From: Candidatus Poribacteria bacterium | GTDB lineage: Bacteria; Poribacteria; WGA-4E; PCPOR2b | Assembly (NCBI GenBank): GCA_965116925.1 | Contig: OZ220744.1 | Location: 3,360,001-3,424,000, forward strand | Direction of reading: 5' to 3' | DNA length: 64,000 nt | In this document: positions 61,233-64,000 of the stretch, piece after piece | Position numbering within the stretch: the first letter of the stretch is position 1 | Layout of the letters: the number at the start of each line of letters is the position of its first letter | Position numbers and translations under genes: made by a program | The notes under the pieces: model-generated | What the model saw: the letters and a program-made list of their open reading frames with translations, nothing else | Told to the model about the DNA's origin: nothing | Databases searched by the model: none

Positions 61233-62273
61233 ATGTTAAACTGGGGCGTTATGAGTGCCGGCGGCATCGCCTACGTCTTCTGCAATGCGATGCGCTTTAC
61301 GGACTCTGGGGGTATTCTTGCGGTCGCGAGTCGTACCCAATCCCGTATGGACAGGTTGGTGGACGATTTTGATATCCCCCGACAATACACCAGCTATGAG
61401 GCACTGTTAGAGGACGACGAGATCGATGCCATCTATATCGCAACGATCCACCCACTCCACGCCGAATGGGCGATTAAATGCGCCGAAGCCGGCAAGCACA
61501 TCCTCGTCGAGAAACCGATTAGCATGAACCACGCCGAAGCCGCGGCGATGGTTGACGCTGCACGGGAAAACGATGTGTTCCTTATGGAAGCCTTTATGTA
61601 TCGGTGCCATCCGCAGATCCAACGGGTGGTTCAGCTTATACAGGATGGCGCTATCGGCGATGTCCACATCGTTCGGGCAACGTTCGGTGGGCAGGTCGGT
61701 TTCAACCCGCAAAGCCGGATTTACAACCGCGAAATGGGCGGCGGGGGTATCCTCGATCTGGGATGCTATACCGCTTCAGCCGTCCGCCGCTTCGCCGGTG
61801 CTGCCGAAGGGAAGCTGTTTCTGCATCCGACTGTGGTAAAAGCGACCGGGAAGGTGGGCCCCACGGGGGTAGACCACATCGCCGCAGCCGCACTCAAGTT
61901 TGAAAACAACATCGTTGGGGATATAGTTGCTGCGGTCGAGGGGAGCGTTGGGAGGGGTGTCTCCATCCACGGCTCGGAGGGGGTTATCACGATCCCGAAT
62001 CCGTGGCTGCCTTCTTCGCCGTGTCGGGGTGCGAAGGAACCGCTGCCGCTTGATACCGTCTTTCCGTCATCGACGATCATCGTTCAACCCCATGGTGAGG
62101 GCGAACCCACTGAGATTGAGGTCACTGTTGACCGCGACCTCTTTACCTATGAAGCGGACATGGTCGCCAATCACATCGACGCACGGCAAGCCCCTGCAAT
62201 GTCTTGGGACGATACGCTTTCAAATATGCGACTGTTGGACACTTGGCGGGAACAGGTTGGGGTGGTTCATTAA
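61233..62273 (+). CDS. Gfo/Idh/MocA family oxidoreductase
   Basis: WGVMSAGGIA, GKHILVEKP, GGGGILDLGCY. Confidence 0.92.
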   Translation: MLNWGVMSAGGIAYVFCNAMRFTDSGGILAVASRTQSRMDRLVDDFDIPRQYTSYEALLEDDEIDAIYIATIHPLHAEWAIKCAEAGKHILVEKPISMNHAEAAAMVDAARENDVFLMEAFMYRCHPQIQRVVQLIQDGAIGDVHIVRATFGGQVGFNPQSRIYNREMGGGGILDLGCYTASAVRRFAGAAEGKLFLHPTVVKATGKVGPTGVDHIAAAALKFENNIVGDIVAAVEGSVGRGVSIHGSEGVITIPNPWLPSSPCRGAKEPLPLDTVFPSSTIIVQPHGEGEPTEIEVTVDRDLFTYEADMVANHIDARQAPAMSWDDTLSNMRLLDTWREQVGVVH

Positions 62274-62401
62274 CGATAATATGTAGGAATGAGGAGGCGA
62301 GGAAGCGGGGAAGCGAGGAGGCGGGGAAAGATACTCGCTCCCTCACCCCCACGCTCCCTCGTTCACTCCCTTACGCACTGTTCTTCTAAGGAGATTAGTC
62401 T

Positions 62402-63619
62402 ATGCGAAAAGCTAACATTGCATCGGTCGGTTTGGGCGCGGTGGCACAACGCTGGCATCTGCCGACCATCGCTGAGTTGACAAAAAAAGGAGATCTGAAT
62501 TTTATCGCCGTATGCGATATCGATGAAGCGAAGGCGAGCGAGACCGGGAAACAGTACGGTCTGCCGTACTATACCGATGTCGAAGAGATGTTAGAAAAAC
62601 ACAAGGATATCGATGTCGTAGACGTTTGCGCTGGCGATTATGAGCATCATACGGTCGCGAAGATTGCCGCGGAACATAAGATGCACCCGATCGTCGAAAA
62701 ACCGATGGCACCGACCCTGCCCATATGCGATGTAATCATAAACGCCTGCAAGAAAAACGGCGTCCACTTCGAGGTCGCCGAAAACTACTTCCGGATGCCG
62801 AACGATCGGATCCTCATCAAGCTAATCACCGAGGGTGTACTCGGTGACATCATGCGAGTCCACTTTATCGAACCGTCTGGGCGAGGCAGACAGTTTGTGC
62901 ACGGGGCGAAACCGCAAGGGATCGCTCGCCCGGTCTCGACGTTTGGCTCCCACTCCGGTGTCTGTATTGATATGGGTGTGCATCGGATGTCTCAGCTCCG
63001 GTTTTATGCCCAGAGCGAGCCGAAACGGATAGCGGGAATCACCAAGCAGTTCGTCCCGAACACCGAGAGGGTATACGAGGATTGGGGGCACGCACTGATC
63101 GAGTTTGAAAGCGGTGCGGTCGGTGTCTACGAGGCGTCGCAGGTCGGTGAGGAAACGATCCGGTACAACCAGGTCATGGGAACAAAAGGGGTGATGACAA
63201 ACGCCAATTATTGGACCTCCGATTTCCCACTCCGTGCGATGGTGGACGGCGAGATGCAGGATATTCCGATCGAGAGGGAGCGGCATACCGTCGATGGGGT
63301 TGATGTCCTGTCAAGGATAGTTGTCCACACCGATCCGCAGATTGTATATGAGAATCCGTTCCGAGAATATGCGATAGATGATTGGAACGTCGGGACCGCT
63401 GAGGAGATCATGAGCATCGCCAACGCCGCGCTGTATGACCGTGAACCGGAATACGGGATTGGTGGACGGAAAGATGTGGAGATGTGTATCGCGCTCTATG
63501 AATCTTCGCTTACGGGGATGACACCTGTCGATCTGCCGATAACGGAGATCACCAATTATGAGCAGATGGTCCACGACGAGTATCGTGAAGCGTTTGGTCA
63601 CGCCCCCGACGAAATTTGA
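62402..63619 (+). CDS. Gfo/Idh/MocA family oxidoreductase
   Basis: VGLGAVA, IVEKPM, DMGVH. Confidence 0.9.
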   Translation: MRKANIASVGLGAVAQRWHLPTIAELTKKGDLNFIAVCDIDEAKASETGKQYGLPYYTDVEEMLEKHKDIDVVDVCAGDYEHHTVAKIAAEHKMHPIVEKPMAPTLPICDVIINACKKNGVHFEVAENYFRMPNDRILIKLITEGVLGDIMRVHFIEPSGRGRQFVHGAKPQGIARPVSTFGSHSGVCIDMGVHRMSQLRFYAQSEPKRIAGITKQFVPNTERVYEDWGHALIEFESGAVGVYEASQVGEETIRYNQVMGTKGVMTNANYWTSDFPLRAMVDGEMQDIPIERERHTVDGVDVLSRIVVHTDPQIVYENPFREYAIDDWNVGTAEEIMSIANAALYDREPEYGIGGRKDVEMCIALYESSLTGMTPVDLPITEITNYEQMVHDEYREAFGHAPDEI

Positions 63620-63802
63620 GTTAGTTCACTAGTGCTGCCAAATGTAGCGCGAACTGTTAGTTTGCGGCGTGGGATCACAATCTAACAGATCGTGGTACAA
63701 CAGACTTCTATGAAATAAGTTTGGGTGTCAAGATATGAATCTCGACCTACAATTGGCTAGTTGATTTAATGAACCGATGAACAAATATGGGAGGGAATAC
63801 CG

Positions 63803-64000
63803 ATGCCAAAAGATGAGATTTTTCAGGAAACTGTTACTCGTGTCGAAAAGCCGTCATCACACTTTACGCTACTTCGTGCGCCCAGTGGGGATTACCTCGG
63901 CGCGTCCGATGATGGATTTGCGACCTTTGACTATGTGGACGATCAGGCGATATGGGACGCCGACGGAGAGGGCTATCGTCATGTAGCAACGGGCCTCACC
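63803..64000 (+). CDS. 5' part of a gene running off the window
   Basis: GGGAGG RBS; MPKDEIFQETVTRV... open to the end. Confidence 0.55.
   Translation, partial: MPKDEIFQETVTRVEKPSSHFTLLRAPSGDYLGASDDGFATFDYVDDQAIWDADGEGYRHVATGLT

Noticed and set aside
1..64000. tRNA/rRNA, prophage, autonomous transposase
   Set aside because: None recognised by eye; a tRNAscan/Infernal/ISEScan run would be needed to exclude them formally.

Overview
Bacterial genomic window. The mix of PhyH dioxygenases, Gfo/Idh/MocA oxidoreductases, Uma2 nucleases and HEAT/TPR/LRR/WD40 repeat proteins suggests a sponge symbiont such as Candidatus Poribacteria; this is an inference from gene content only. Layout: (1) 1-10320, a defence island: 5'-truncated STAND NTPase-TPR, small coupled ORF, TIR-like protein, type III R-M mod/res, and an ABC-ATPase-TOPRIM protein. 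(2) 11.5-18.3 kb: folK, XPB helicase, DUF2283, PhyH, NUDIX, ThDP enzyme. (3) 18.9-38.6 kb, a co-oriented array of about 20 genes (SMI1/KNR4 and other immunity-like proteins, HEAT/LRR/TPR/Ig lipoproteins). It is punctuated by four decayed Rhs-core fragments and several headless C-terminal tips, so it reads as an eroded polymorphic-toxin orphan-immunity array. (4) 38.7-47.5 kb on the minus strand: pcrA, gatC, gatA, two Uma2 genes, membrane protein, S41 protease, hisF. (5) pbpC, WD40 and catabolic genes to the end. Intergenic DNA is packed with GTAG-type REP hairpins and TIR-bounded miniature elements. One 115-117 bp element repeatedly sits at the exact centre of 3-nt hairpin loops with a 1-bp duplication, including inside a copy of itself. 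No rRNA, tRNA, CRISPR array, transposase or integrase was recognised.
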